DNA from: Octopus sinensis
Lineage: Eukaryota
NCBI RefSeq assembly: GCF_006345805.1
Contig: NW_021832027.1
Coordinates: forward strand, 1 to 33,171
DNA length: 33,171 bases
Direction: 5' to 3'
In this document: piece after piece, positions 22,213 through 33,171 of the stretch
Position numbering within the stretch: position 1 is the stretch's first letter
Layout of the letters: each line of letters begins with the position of its first letter
Notes under the pieces: generated by a model
Database searches by the model: none
Told to the model about the DNA's origin: nothing
Seen by the model: the letters and a program-made list of their open reading frames with translations, nothing else
Program-made: the position numbers and the translations under genes

Positions 22213-22968
22213 ATGATCTGCTTGATTACGTTTGACATAAGACAAATAAAAGACGATCAAGAATTGTGTATGCCTTCCACCCCACTCCACACCCTATTCC
22301 AGACCTTTCACTGCTTCCTCAATCCCAATCCTTCCTCTCGAAAACATTGGTTCCTAGGAAACTCGCCCTTGTTCATATGTGTCCCACAAATGGAACATTA
22401 TAGGCATCAAAGACTTTGAAACCCCGCAAAGGTCATGAACACTTGCCCTTCCCCCAGACATCAACCAAAAGTAGCTGCAAAGATTCAGGTGAGTTTTGGA
22501 AATTTTCCATAATTAACTTACTCTCTTTAATTTCTATCGAAAGCGATGAGTAAGTTCCACTGCCATGTCTGTAAACTCCAATTAACTGGAATAAAGTCCT
22601 GTACTTAATGGTTGCTTCGTTAAGATTGACTTCGACTTCTAGTTTTTGTTTATTTGTTTGTCGATTTCTGTTTTTTGTCTGCTAAATTGCTTGAGGACGG
22701 GTTTTGCCTATGATGTTTCTCAGTGTTTTGTTGAATGACAGAAGGGAAGAAGTTATTCATAGAGATCTGACATGAAATCTTGCAACAGTGAGGATTCTAC
22801 TTAAGCCAACTAAAGGCCAGGTGGCGCTGTGAAACTAGATGAGCGTATTAAGATTACCATCCTAAAACTGAAAAATCCCATCCTCTGAACGGTATCGCAC
22901 ACAATTTCGTTTTATCCCTTATAACTGACAAGGCTGTGGTCGACTTTCTGCTATCATTATTGAGAATA

Positions 22969-23245
22969 GGCAAGACGCGTGGCTTCGTGGTTAGAGCATT
23001 CGGCCCGCGATTGTAAGTTCGTTTCCTAGCCGCGTGTGTGTCCTTGAGCAAAACATTTTATTTCACATTGCTCCAGTCCACTCAGCCAGCAAAAATGAGT
23101 GGTATCTCTATTTCAAAGGGTCAGCCTTGTCACATTCTGTGTCACACCTATCTCCCTGTGAACTACATTAAGGGTACGCATGTCTGTAGTGTACTCAGCC
23201 AATTGAACATTAATTTTACTAACAGGCAGTTCTGTTGTAGCCGAC
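22969..23245 (+). mobile_element. CORE-type SINE (family C variant with a different tail)
   Basis: TGGCTTCGTGG A box, AGTTCGTTTCC B box, GTGTCCTTGAGCAAAACATTTTATTTCACATTGCTCCAGTCCACTCAGC. Confidence 0.75.
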
Positions 23246-24398
23246 AGGTTTCAGTTTATAGTCGATAATTGTATGAGATTTCGCGCATTTAAATCGATTC
23301 TCAGACTACGAAATTCCGAAGCGAACCTAAACACGCAACTATATTTGCTTCTGTGTTACGCCGACCCATCTTTTACGAATTCTTTTTTCATTTATTTCAA
23401 GAAAAAATTAGAAACTTCTTTTCTGAACTTTCCACCTTAGAAAGTCGTAAAGTCGAACGATATTGACAAGTAAATTACTTTGGTGTAATAAGATTTTTAA
23501 ATACACCATTTAGCTTGAGTTTTGAGAAAATAGCGTGCAATGTATTATTTATGAAATAAATAATGTCACTTTGAAAAGATATATTTGAATGATAATTTAA
23601 TATAAAGAAAAAATATCATCTGTTTAGTTTTCAATTTATATACAATGAAAGCACTAGAAACAGTTTAGAACAAATAAATAAATAAAAGGCTGTTTTTCAA
23701 ATTTCATTACATATTCTAAGAACTTTTTTGTCATTTGAACGGGAAAATTGTGGGTGTCGCGACCACGTGAGCAATTTAATAATTACCTGTTGTTTTATCT
23801 TTACGAAAAAACTCTCTTTTTGGCCATTGATTTACTGTTCGAATTGAACTCCGTTGTGATGATTTCGAGATTTCTCGTGAAGAATATACCAGCTAGTTCA
23901 TAGGTGCCTTGCCTGGGCACAATAAAATCAAGTTTACAAGTACATTCTAAAGGGGCCTATATCTATTAATTAAGCATCTCATACAGGGCTGTTGTACTTA
24001 TTTATCTGTTGTGCCTATTTACAATTGAGTATCAGATTTAAGAATCGTATCATTAAACACTGTGCATTCAGCTGCCCGTGGTGACCCATTAACCTAAGGT
24101 TGACACAGCTAAATATGTTGCTTGTGACTAAATGATTATAACAGGACCTGGTTCAGAAAACCTTTAGCTGGAAGTCTGTCGGCTCAGTTTTCTGAATGGG
24201 TCGCTGTATTGCAATTATGTTTAGTTTGATGTTTCAGGCAGAAGCTCTTTATCAAGGAAAAGAAGAACGATTTGCGTGTACTGAATTTTGAAGTTTTCGG
24301 TGTGCAGAATCCTGCATTCTGATGACTGGGGTGACTATACGTGTCAGACAATGGATCAAGATAACAAATTGGTTTCAAATATTGCCACACGACCAGCA

Positions 24399-24583
24399 AA
24401 TTCAGGGGTGGGGATATTCTATTGCACCGACTCCAGTACTCAACGAATACTTATCTTATCGACCCAGAAAGGACGAAAGGAAAACTCGATCTCAGTGTCA
24501 TTTGAACTCAAAAACGTAAAGTCGGGAAAATGCCACTAAGCACCTTGTCCAACACTCTAATGATTTTGCCAGCTCCCCGCCTT
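24399..24583 (-). mobile_element. SINE family A (diverged)
   Basis: TATCGACCCAGAAAGGACGAAAGG...TTTGAACTCAAAAACGTAAAG...TTTGCCAGCTCCCCGCC. Confidence 0.75.
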
Positions 24584-26380
24584 AATCAGGGCAAAAACAT
24601 TAAAAAAACTTCTCTCAAACTAACGTTAAACCACCTCCGCTTCTTTAATCATCAACCTATTGTCATTACACACACGCACGCGCGCACACACACCTCAGCA
24701 TCGCAACCATCATATCCATTAACATCACCATCACTAGCACTACTACTACTACTACTACCAATACCACCACTGTCAATGCTAAGAGAAGCATGTTCTGGGA
24801 ATAGCAACAACTTGCAGATACGTTCCACTTTGCAGCAGCATGAAGTCTCCGTTGAAAACCGAGATAGCAGGCGAATGTTTGTAGCAGATAATGCATTTTA
24901 GTTGAGAAAGTCATCACTGTCAGAAACCTTCTCTAAAAACTAACTTGAAGAAGGATTTCGCTAAACAAAAGCCGCCAATATAATTATCCGTTGAGACGAA
25001 TGATTTGCGATTGTAATAAGGTGCTAAATAGCTAACATCAATTTAGGGAAAAAATATCAGTTTAATGGCTGTGTGTTTTATTATTTATTTAGATAGTGGT
25101 GCTCATAACTATTGTCATTACTATTAACGCTTTTAGTTTAATATCATTGCTATTATTGCTATTAAATTATTGCTTTATTTTCCATGGTTATATAATTATT
25201 ATTATCTATTTCACATTTACAATTCAAAATGGAAGCATGACAGAAAGTGAGTTAATAGAGTTTTACATGCAAAATAGAGCGCTTTGACTTTCAGCCTTAT
25301 TTTCTTTATTTGTAAATTAATTTTTCTTGTAGTATGTTATTGTATTGTTGCTGGTGTTGTTGTTGTTGGTGGTGGTGGTGGTGGCGGCGGCGGCGGCGGT
25401 AGTGGTGGTGGTTGTGGTTGTGGTGGTGGTGGTGGTGGTGTCGCTGATGATAGTGTTCGTGATGTTGTTAGCCTATTATGGTGGTTTACTTGTTTTTCTG
25501 TTCCTCGCCGAATAAAGATGAGAACGTTTCATTATTGTTGCTGATGTTGTAGCTGTTTCGCGCCGATTCAGTTGTGTCTCTGAGAAAAAGAAATTATCTA
25601 AGGCCTCAACGAGTGTGCCCCCTTCCTATTGCAAGACAGTTGGGCGTAATTTCGATTTCCCAGCTAATTGATTCAGTACAAGGAGACTCTTTCACCAACT
25701 GGGTGGGGATCTGCTAAAAGAATTGCTGCTGTAGGGAAGGGCGATGCTCCGGATGGTAGGAACAGTGATGATTATGATGGTAATGATGATGACGTGCATG
25801 TGCATGCATGTGTGTAGTGGTAGGGTGTGGTTGTCATGGAGGCGACGATATTTTCAGGGGTGGGGTAAGTTATTTGGTGGGGACGGTATAATTGTTACTC
25901 AGATCCATCCTTTAGAATCTGGTATTATCTTTCATATTATCATAATTACAACTATTGCTGTTGATGTTGTTGCTGTCGTTACAGTTTTCGTTCTTCCGAG
26001 GGATTCTGGTTGTCCATTAAACCATTCCATGAAGAATTCTCTACACCAAAAAATATTATCCATTCCAATATTGAACCCACCTTCCAACGCCACCCCGCAA
26101 CAAAACGCCAATCTATGGATTGTGTTTTTACTGAGATGTTAAAATATGCGGCAAAAATTCGCTTCAAGCTGAACAAGTAGACAACTCCATTCCACCACCA
26201 CTATCGTCATACTACACCTCCCCACTTCCACACTACACCAAGACAATCACCAACTAGCACCACACAACGCTACACCACCGTCGCTACCACCACCACTATA
26301 CCAGGCCACTCTACCAACACCCCACAATCGCTACAAATCACCATCTCAACAACACCACCATCACCAACACCACAAACAGT

Positions 26381-26730
26381 GGAGGCGCAATGGCCCAATG
26401 GTTAGGGCAGCGGACTTGCGGTCGGAGGATCGCGGTTTCGATTCCCAGACCGGGCGTTGTGTGTGTTTATTGAGCGTAAACACCTAAAGCTCCATGAGGC
26501 TCCGGCAGGGGGTGGTGGCGACCCCTGTTGTACTCTTTCGCTCCAACTTTCTCTCACTCTTTCTTCCTGTTTCTTGTCCTCGACTTCCTACGCAACCGCT
26601 GAGTCTGGATGTGCATTCATCCATCCGTCGATGCTCTCGGTGTCGGGAGTTGACCTGCTTTCTCTTCTGCGGGGCTTACGAATAGAAAAGGACCACGTTT
26701 CGGACTTCTCTCACTACAGAAGACCGCTTC
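26381..26730 (+). mobile_element. tRNA-derived SINE family D
   Basis: Head with A box TGGCCCAATGG and B box GGTTTCGATTCC, followed by ~270 nt of non-tRNA body. Confidence 0.7.
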
Positions 26731-27216
26731 GCTCAAAATCAACATCATCAACATCAACACCACCAACAAATCCAACAGCATCTACAGAGGTCACTCAAAC
26801 AGCTAGAAATAGTAATGGAATATTCCTCAAATAACACCCTGCCAAGATCTGAAAATAAAGGACACGTTGGATACGGAACTCATTGGGTGTGATACGTGGT
26901 TACTGTCGTTTCGGATGTTTGTATATGTGCAATGAAGAGGCCGGCCTGGGTCTATGGAACAAGACTGTCTTGTACTATGGACGCAGGTTGACCAATGCAT
27001 CGCAGGGGATTAGAAGCCGAAACGACGTGATGTCGTGCTTTGGAGTTGAACTCGAAACCATACAGCTCTGCCTGATATAATACAATATTATGTAATATGA
27101 TACAATATAACTACCAAACGATAAAATACAATATATTATATAATCTTTCAGCCCGAAATTAGGGTCTTCCGTAATTGTCGGATAACGGATGTTATTGTGC
27201 ATCAGTCCCGAGTTTT

Positions 27217-27433
27217 CATTCTTTTCTACTCTAGGCACAAGACCCAAAATTTTGGGGGAGGGGACCAGTCGATTAGATCGACTCCATTACGCAACTGGTA
27301 CTTAATTTATCGACCCCGAAAGGATGAAAGGCAATGCCAACCTCGGCGGAATTTGAACTCAGAACACAAAGACAGGCGAAATAACGCTAAGCACTTAGCC
27401 CGGCGTGCTAAGGATTCTGTCAGCTTGCCGCCT
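27217..27433 (-). mobile_element. SINE family A
   Basis: TTTATCGACCCCGAAAGGATGAAAGGCAATGCCAACCTCGGCGGAATTTGAACTCAGAAC. Confidence 0.85.
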
Positions 27434-28679
27434 TCTCCGAGTCCTCATTCGAATGCCTCCAATAGATCCAGATTGTAATGCTAATTGTATATAATGATTG
27501 AAGGCAACGAACCTTTGACCCAGCACACTACAGCCACGAGCATCAAATATTTCTTTATTTAACAAACGTATCACTGGCTGATTTATCCAACATGTTATTG
27601 CTGTAGATCGCTTTTTGCCTCTCTATGACGTAGACAACATGAAACTGAAAATTACTGATGAATGCAAACCCTCGAGCAGAACACATAATGTGTTAACACA
27701 TTTAATTTACCTACTTGCATTCCCACCTGTCTGTCTAACTATTTATCTACCTATCTACTTTTATATCTGCCGCTATATCTATAAACCTTATATGTTTAAA
27801 AGTTTTTACATCCATAAAACTATTATAGAAAATGAAACTGCCTCATTACCTCCTTGTACTCTATCATTTTTTATTGTATTTCATTTCATCCATCTCCCTT
27901 CCTAGCTTGTCTCTCCAACTAACGGTGTTATCCTGTCATCTTACTATGAAATAAAAACAGTTTCGAATTGATCTTGTAAATGCTTCTCTTTGTATCACTA
28001 TGTAGTCTAAAATAAACCTGACTTTGTACACCAATTTCTTAAAATTTGCAACCATTTTAACGCCTTGTATTCGATCAAATCACAAGAAACACACAATTAT
28101 TTAAATTGCGAGTCTAACATGCTGTAGAGCCAAACGTCTGTTTGATCTGCACATGACGGATGACGTCACACTTGTCATTCTTCTATTTTTAGCTAGCATC
28201 GTTCTCTTTAACTGAATCAATAGCTAATGGCAATGCAGTCTCAATGCTGACTTCAAAGAACAGATGTTGATTTGAAAGAGAAAGTACTTTGAATTCAAAT
28301 TTGATTGCATGATGGTAAATAATAGCTGTGTACGTCATACATTTTAAAGGACTTTGAGACACCAAACTATTTACTTCAATCTCTAAATGGCTGTCTTTAG
28401 GCAGTTTCTAATATAGACGCCTGGAATTCCAGCTTTACTAAATTTTATTCTGTTTGTAATAATGAAGTCAACAATTTCGTAACATGCATCTCTTGATGCT
28501 GTTCAAAGAATAGGCTTGCTGCCATAATGGAAATGTAAGAATCACTAAAAGGTGCGACTTAGAGACAATTTCGAGTTTCGAACTGAGAATATTTTATTTC
28601 ATTTCCTATATTCCAACGTTCTAAGTAAAATATTTAATGTAACGCGGTTATATTTCTATTTACTTAATAAATCTCAACT

Positions 28680-29310
28680 TGTGGTGAGGAAGAAGAAACA
28701 ATATATCCTGACTAAGAAGGAATATATTCACAGACAAGGCAGAGTTGGGACCTATATACACTGAGAAGCTATACCAACACTATGGAATAACAACAGAAAA
28801 TGGACGGTGTAGGCACACGCCAGAAAAGGTCACAGAAAATGAAAATGCAACAATTCTGTGGGGTATGCCAATACACATAGATAGAGAAATTAAGGTCAAT
28901 AGACCGGATATCGTTGTCAGAGATCACCAAGAAAAAAATTGCTTTCTAATTGATGTATCAATACCAACAGATTACAATGTTTCTCTGAAAGAAATGGAGA
29001 ACCTTTCGAAATACAAAGTTCTGGAAATAGAGGTAATTCGAATGTGGAGTCTAAAAACAGAAACAATTCCTATCATAGTAGGCGCACTAGGTATGATAAA
29101 AAAAATTACAGACAAATGCATAACAAAAACACCAGGACTGGCAAGTATATATAACATACAGAAAATTGAACTACTGGGCACTGCACATATCCTACGCAAA
29201 ACACTCTCAATACAGTAACCATAAGAGCACCACAAGCAAACCACAGCACATACCCAAAGTACACAGAGCTGCGCTCGGTAGTGAAGTGAAAGCCCGTCAA
29301 AAAATATTAG
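28680..29310 (+). mobile_element. 5'-truncated R4/Dong-like LINE: REL endonuclease region and 3' UTR, followed by (AAT)n(AAG)n
   Basis: CGEEEETI..LTKKEYIHRQGRVGTYIH, then a +1 frameshift, then KLYQHY...ATILWGMPIH..NRPDIVVRD..CFLIDVSIP...LSKYKVLEIEVIRMW..TIPIIVGALG...LGTAHILRKTL* (PD..D..K motif; stop at 29218). Confidence 0.92.
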
Positions 29311-29340
29311 TAATAACAATAATAATAATAATAATAATAA

Positions 29341-29371
<31 letters not shown>

Positions 29372-29522
29372 AAGAAGAAGAAGAAGAAGAAGAAGAAGAA
29401 GAAGAAACAGAGAAGAAGAAGAAGAAGAAGAAGAAGAAGAAAGAGAAAGAAACAGAAGAGAAGAAGAAGAAGAAGAGGAAGAATAAGAAAAGAAGAAGAA
29501 GAAGAATAGAAGAAGAGAAGAA
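29311..29522. repeat. (AAT)n followed by (AAG)n microsatellite
   Basis: Direct reading; abuts the 3' end of the Dong-like LINE. Confidence 0.95.
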
Positions 29523-29555
29523 GTGCACAAACCTCGCCAAGGCAACACCAACGTC

Positions 29556-30665
29556 CTTATTTCTTTAATTAGGCATAAGGCTTCAATAGAGAAGGGACAA
29601 CACAAAAACAGACAAAACAATACATGTGGTATGAAAATGACAACGAAATGGCTTACCTTCTCCAAAGAAGGTAGTTCCATTTTGCTGTTTTTAAATGCAC
29701 AGTTCATATCGGTCTTGTATCCGTTGGTTTATAACATATTCTATATTAACTCCTCGAAGGCCACCACCGACGGCAATTCGTCGTAACCAATGTATATTCC
29801 TGTCATCTCTATTCTTTCGCCAAACAACTCCTTCAGTTTCTCTCCTCTTTCTTTTCCCACCAAAACAGCTTTAAAACCTTCGTTACACTCTTTGACCTTT
29901 AATTTTACTCTTATAACGTTCTTCCACAATTTTGTGGAGCTCCGGCAGGCTGATATGGACCGACACCTCCAGTCCATACCTCCGTCGTTCTCGATATATT
30001 TAATACCTGAGTGTCTTCCTCTGTGTTATACAGGATGGCTGCCACCAGTCATGCTTCATCAATTTCTGGGGGCACTTTACATATTCTTACTCTGGCCGCA
30101 CGTTTTCCACAGTAAATAGGTAGCAGTACCCACTAGGCTGATCTCAACGCCACAGAGGAGTTTTTTCCTCGCTTCTTCTTCTCTTACAAAGAGTACCTCC
30201 ACTGTGCCGTATTTCTTTCCCCCTCGTGTAATATGATGTTATATACTTTATCTCCCGTGGACATTCCTCTACCGCTTCCTCCGCTGCTACTTCAATTTTG
30301 TCTCATTCAGCTTTCTAAATAATTGTCCTTTTTTCAGTTTTTTTTCAAGTATTTCTTTAAGAGGTGTCAACCTCAGGCTGTCCCCCTCCTTCATCAGCAA
30401 ACCGTTATATTTTTTGAAATTCTCCTTTAATTCGATTTCTTGGACCAACAGTACCTCTACTGACAGGCCTTTGCCAGTCACCGAAGCGTAACTCCCCGCT
30501 GGTTTACTTTCCATCACGGTAGTATTCATAACTTCATCCATCAATGGGAAGAAAAAAATAAGAGCCAGTTAACAACAACAATTCCAGTTAATAACTGTTC
30601 AAAATTTCAGTAAAATAATAATACAACAAAACTCACATGGAGCGAACACACTTCTGACACAGCTC
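29556..30665 (-). mobile_element. Decayed L1/Tx1-like non-LTR element remnant (ORF1-like, RRM-type motifs)
   Basis: Minus-strand pieces: MMDEVMN...SYASVTGK; KKYGTVEVLFVREEEARK; LLPIYCGKRAARVRICKVPPEIDEA*LVAAIL. These resemble ORF1p RRM motifs. No RT or endonuclease sequence was seen. Boundaries are approximate. Confidence 0.5.
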
Positions 30666-30849
30666 GGAATCAATTAATATTCAAAAAACAACACTAACGA
30701 CAACGCCAACGTCCTCTCGAGGATTAGCCAAAGAAGATTTTTTAAATGAGAATATCTGAAATAATGTCGACTGCTCTCACAACGTTCCACCCACAAAAGG
30801 ATGTTTCAAAAATATAATTCAAAAATATGATTCAAACTATATATATATC

Positions 30850-31146
30850 AATACTTATTAGAGGGAAACCACTATGTGGAAGCCCTTATGCTGGAAATAG
30901 ATCCACTATGGTCTTACCATACCGATGATCTACGGACATTTATATAAGTAAAATTACGTAATTTGTTAATAGTGAAACATGTATGCGAATAATCCATATT
31001 TTTATTGCTTTTTCTTTTGTCTTGCTCAATTACGTTTTGGTTATTTTGCTAAATTTTTCTGGAGAACATTTCTTAGTGGTAAGACCATAACGGTCCTATT
31101 TCTAGCATAAGGTTGTCCACAGAGTGGTTTCCCTCTAATATGTATT
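30850..31146. mobile_element. MITE with ~70-bp terminal inverted repeats
   Basis: 30850-30919 vs reverse complement of 31077-31146 is ~85% identical (TATTAGAGGGAAACCACT...TATGGTCTTACCA). The interior is AT-rich and noncoding. Confidence 0.75.
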
Positions 31147-31340
31147 TAATACAATTTTACTGAACCTTCAGTTTTTTTATATGCTAGAACACTGGTGCGA
31201 AATCGATGTTAATTAAATTAATATCTAATTTCTCACCCTCATTTTAAATTTATATATATATTAAATGACTCCTATTTGTTATAATCTCCGCTAAAACGAA
31301 AGAACGCAAAGTAAGCGTATGTCTGAAACTGAACCAGGTT

Positions 31341-31350
31341 CCGCCATTTT
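31341..31350 (+). promoter_or_regulatory. YY1-like motif CCGCCATTTT
   Basis: Exact match to the YY1 consensus CCGCCATNTT in a unique, locally CpG-containing stretch. No transcript evidence. Confidence 0.2.
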
Positions 31351-31909
31351 CGGAACGCTCTATTTCCAAGGACGCGGTGACATTGTTTCGTTTCAATGTA
31401 GAATCTAATTTAGAACATGCCGGGAAATGTATAAACTAAGCGTGGAAATAAATATGAAGGCCAGATGTTGTAAATGTTCCACGGTACTTTTTACTGTTAC
31501 CGTCAGCTGGCAATTAGACAAGTCACGTCAACAGTTGAACTAAATAAAAATAATGGTAACGAGGATTTCTTTGGCACAAGGCCACATCTCTTTAGGGTAG
31601 AGTAGCAGACGATAGACTCGTCTACAGTATATTCTTGTTACCTTATGAAAGACGACTTTAAATCCGGTAGAATTTGTTCTCAGAGCCAATAGAATCGGAA
31701 TCAAATATTGCGAGAAATTCAATGTAACTTTCACTTTTCATGTAACCTTCATTTAATCAGCTCCTGGGTACGTTCGTCCTGGAGCCCCTTGCTTTCTGGA
31801 ACCTGTGTACGAACATTGAATGAGACTTGGAGTACTCGACGATTATAAATTCGACTGGAAGTTACCCGGTATCTTGGAGTAGTCAGAAGTTATGTATTGG
31901 CTTAGTAAT

Positions 31910-32330
31910 GATGTGTGTGGTTAACAATCTTGCCTTACAATCAGCTGGTTTCGATTCCAATTCCACCACTATGTGGTACCTTAGGCAAGGGTCTTCTACT
32001 TATTCCTGAACAAATATCTTCAACTATAGCATCGAGCCTCACCAATGCTATGTAAGTGAATGTAGTAGACGGAAATTCCGAGGAAGCTCATCGTAAAGAT
32101 GTGTGTATGTGTGTGTGTGTATGTGTGTGTGTGTGGTGTGTGTGTTCACCCACCACCGCTTGATAACCGGTGTTAGGTAACTTAGCCGTCCGGCAAGAGA
32201 TGAGAGCAAAAATGTACCGTACTTTAGAATATGCACTGGTATCAATTTGTTCTACTGAAAACGAAAACACTTCAAGAGATGCCCCAGCAATGGCCGCAGT
32301 CCGATAACCGAAACAAGTAAATGATAAAAG
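31910..32330 (+). mobile_element. SINE family B, full length (diverged)
   Basis: GTGTGGTTAAC...GGTTTCGATTCC...GTGGTACCTTAGGCAAGGGTCTTCTAC...GATGCCCCAGCAATGGCCGCAG. Confidence 0.75.
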
Positions 32331-33171
32331 CTTTCAGACTTCTGCAACCATTTCAAGGAGGCATTTCTGCCATGGGAAATATAGAGAGCAGGTGTAGGAA
32401 AGGCAAACTGTAGAGTAGTAATGTGCCTAGGGTTAATTAATAACACGTCTCGGGAAAGATTCTCAAAGCAGTATTTTATTTTGATCTCGAAAAAAAAAAA
32501 AGTTTAACGCAGCAAATCTTTCGAAAAATATTTGTCTCTGAAAGACAGTAAAGAAAGTAATCTCGAGATAATTTAAGAATACAGCGCTTTTGGTAGGTGT
32601 TGCTAACCTGATGTAAATGAAAAGCTTATCTTAATTCTGTATGGCTATCACGTAAATGAGGCGAAGTATTCTCGTTAGTATCTAATGCCAAGAAACATAA
32701 ACATTAAAATCTTCAGACATATTTCTACCCCAGAAGAATTCGAGCTCAAATACTATTTACGGCTAACACATAGTGTAGCATAACACTCGATACGTAATAT
32801 CGAGTCCAGATTTTAAGTCTCACTCAAGCTGGTCAAGGAAAGAATGGTTATTGCACTACGTTTTACTAATAAGTGTATTTAGTTATTAATTTATTTATTT
32901 GTGACAGAAGGTCGTGTGAGCTGTCTCCCCTTAAAATATCTTATCTGCCTCGACTCGAAATATACGAAAGCTTAATTGTGTCTGATCCAGTGAGACGTTT
33001 GGATACAATCCTGTTTTTCTTTGTAGAAGGTGTTCATGATCGAATTACAGAGTGAGCTGTTTGGTTTTGAATCTTAAACAACCACAACATTTTCAATAAT
33101 AGAATACATTTTACAATTCTTTGTTATAAAATGTCTATCTATATGTCGGCATATCTATCTCACTGTCTATC

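Noticed and set aside
22404-22488. Small exon ending at CAG|GTGAGT
   Set aside because: Good donor, but a weak acceptor, only 85 nt, and no recognisable product.
24288-24400. Ig-like DxGxYxC motif (DDWGDYTC) in an 83-aa ORF
   Set aside because: There is an in-frame stop just upstream, no good donor, and the ORF runs into a SINE. One such 4-residue motif is plausible by chance in 33 kb.
26381-26455. tRNA gene
   Set aside because: A and B boxes are present, but there is no acceptor-stem closure and the sequence continues into a SINE body. The same applies to the heads at 8257, 12877 and 22969.
26685-26725. Minus-strand GTCCGAAACGTGGTC hammerhead half
   Set aside because: No CUGANGA core or stem I; it lies within a SINE body.
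27650-27700. Hammerhead starting at CTGATGA 27655
   Set aside because: GAAC instead of GAAA, and no stem I partner.

Overview
AT-rich, microsatellite-dense eukaryotic DNA, intergenic or intronic. The tRNA-derived SINE families look like those of octopus genomes (inferred from pattern recognition, not from a search). No host protein-coding gene can be supported. Most ORFs in the track are artefacts of microsatellites, SINEs or decayed transposons. Supported content: about 20 SINE copies from at least 4 families; two decayed R4/Dong-type REL-endonuclease LINE fragments (9103-10072 minus, 28680-29310 plus); a full-length but dead Tc1-like element resembling TRT/DD37E, with ~210-bp IR/DR inverted repeats and TA flanks (19560-21096), plus a local 341-bp partial duplicate; an RTE-like 3' fragment; an L1/Tx1-like ORF1 remnant; and two MITEs. 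The most interesting signal is at RNA level. There are three well-formed and two degenerate minimal type I hammerhead ribozyme motifs, four of them sharing an 8-9 nt (pseudo)palindromic stem III, and no Penelope ORF was recognised in the window. One motif lies in a 414-nt foldback element (1949-2362) whose 5' arm lacks exactly the segment antisense to the ribozyme, so the ribozyme would be left exposed in a bulge of a long RNA hairpin. All alignments and folds were done by eye and need computational confirmation.
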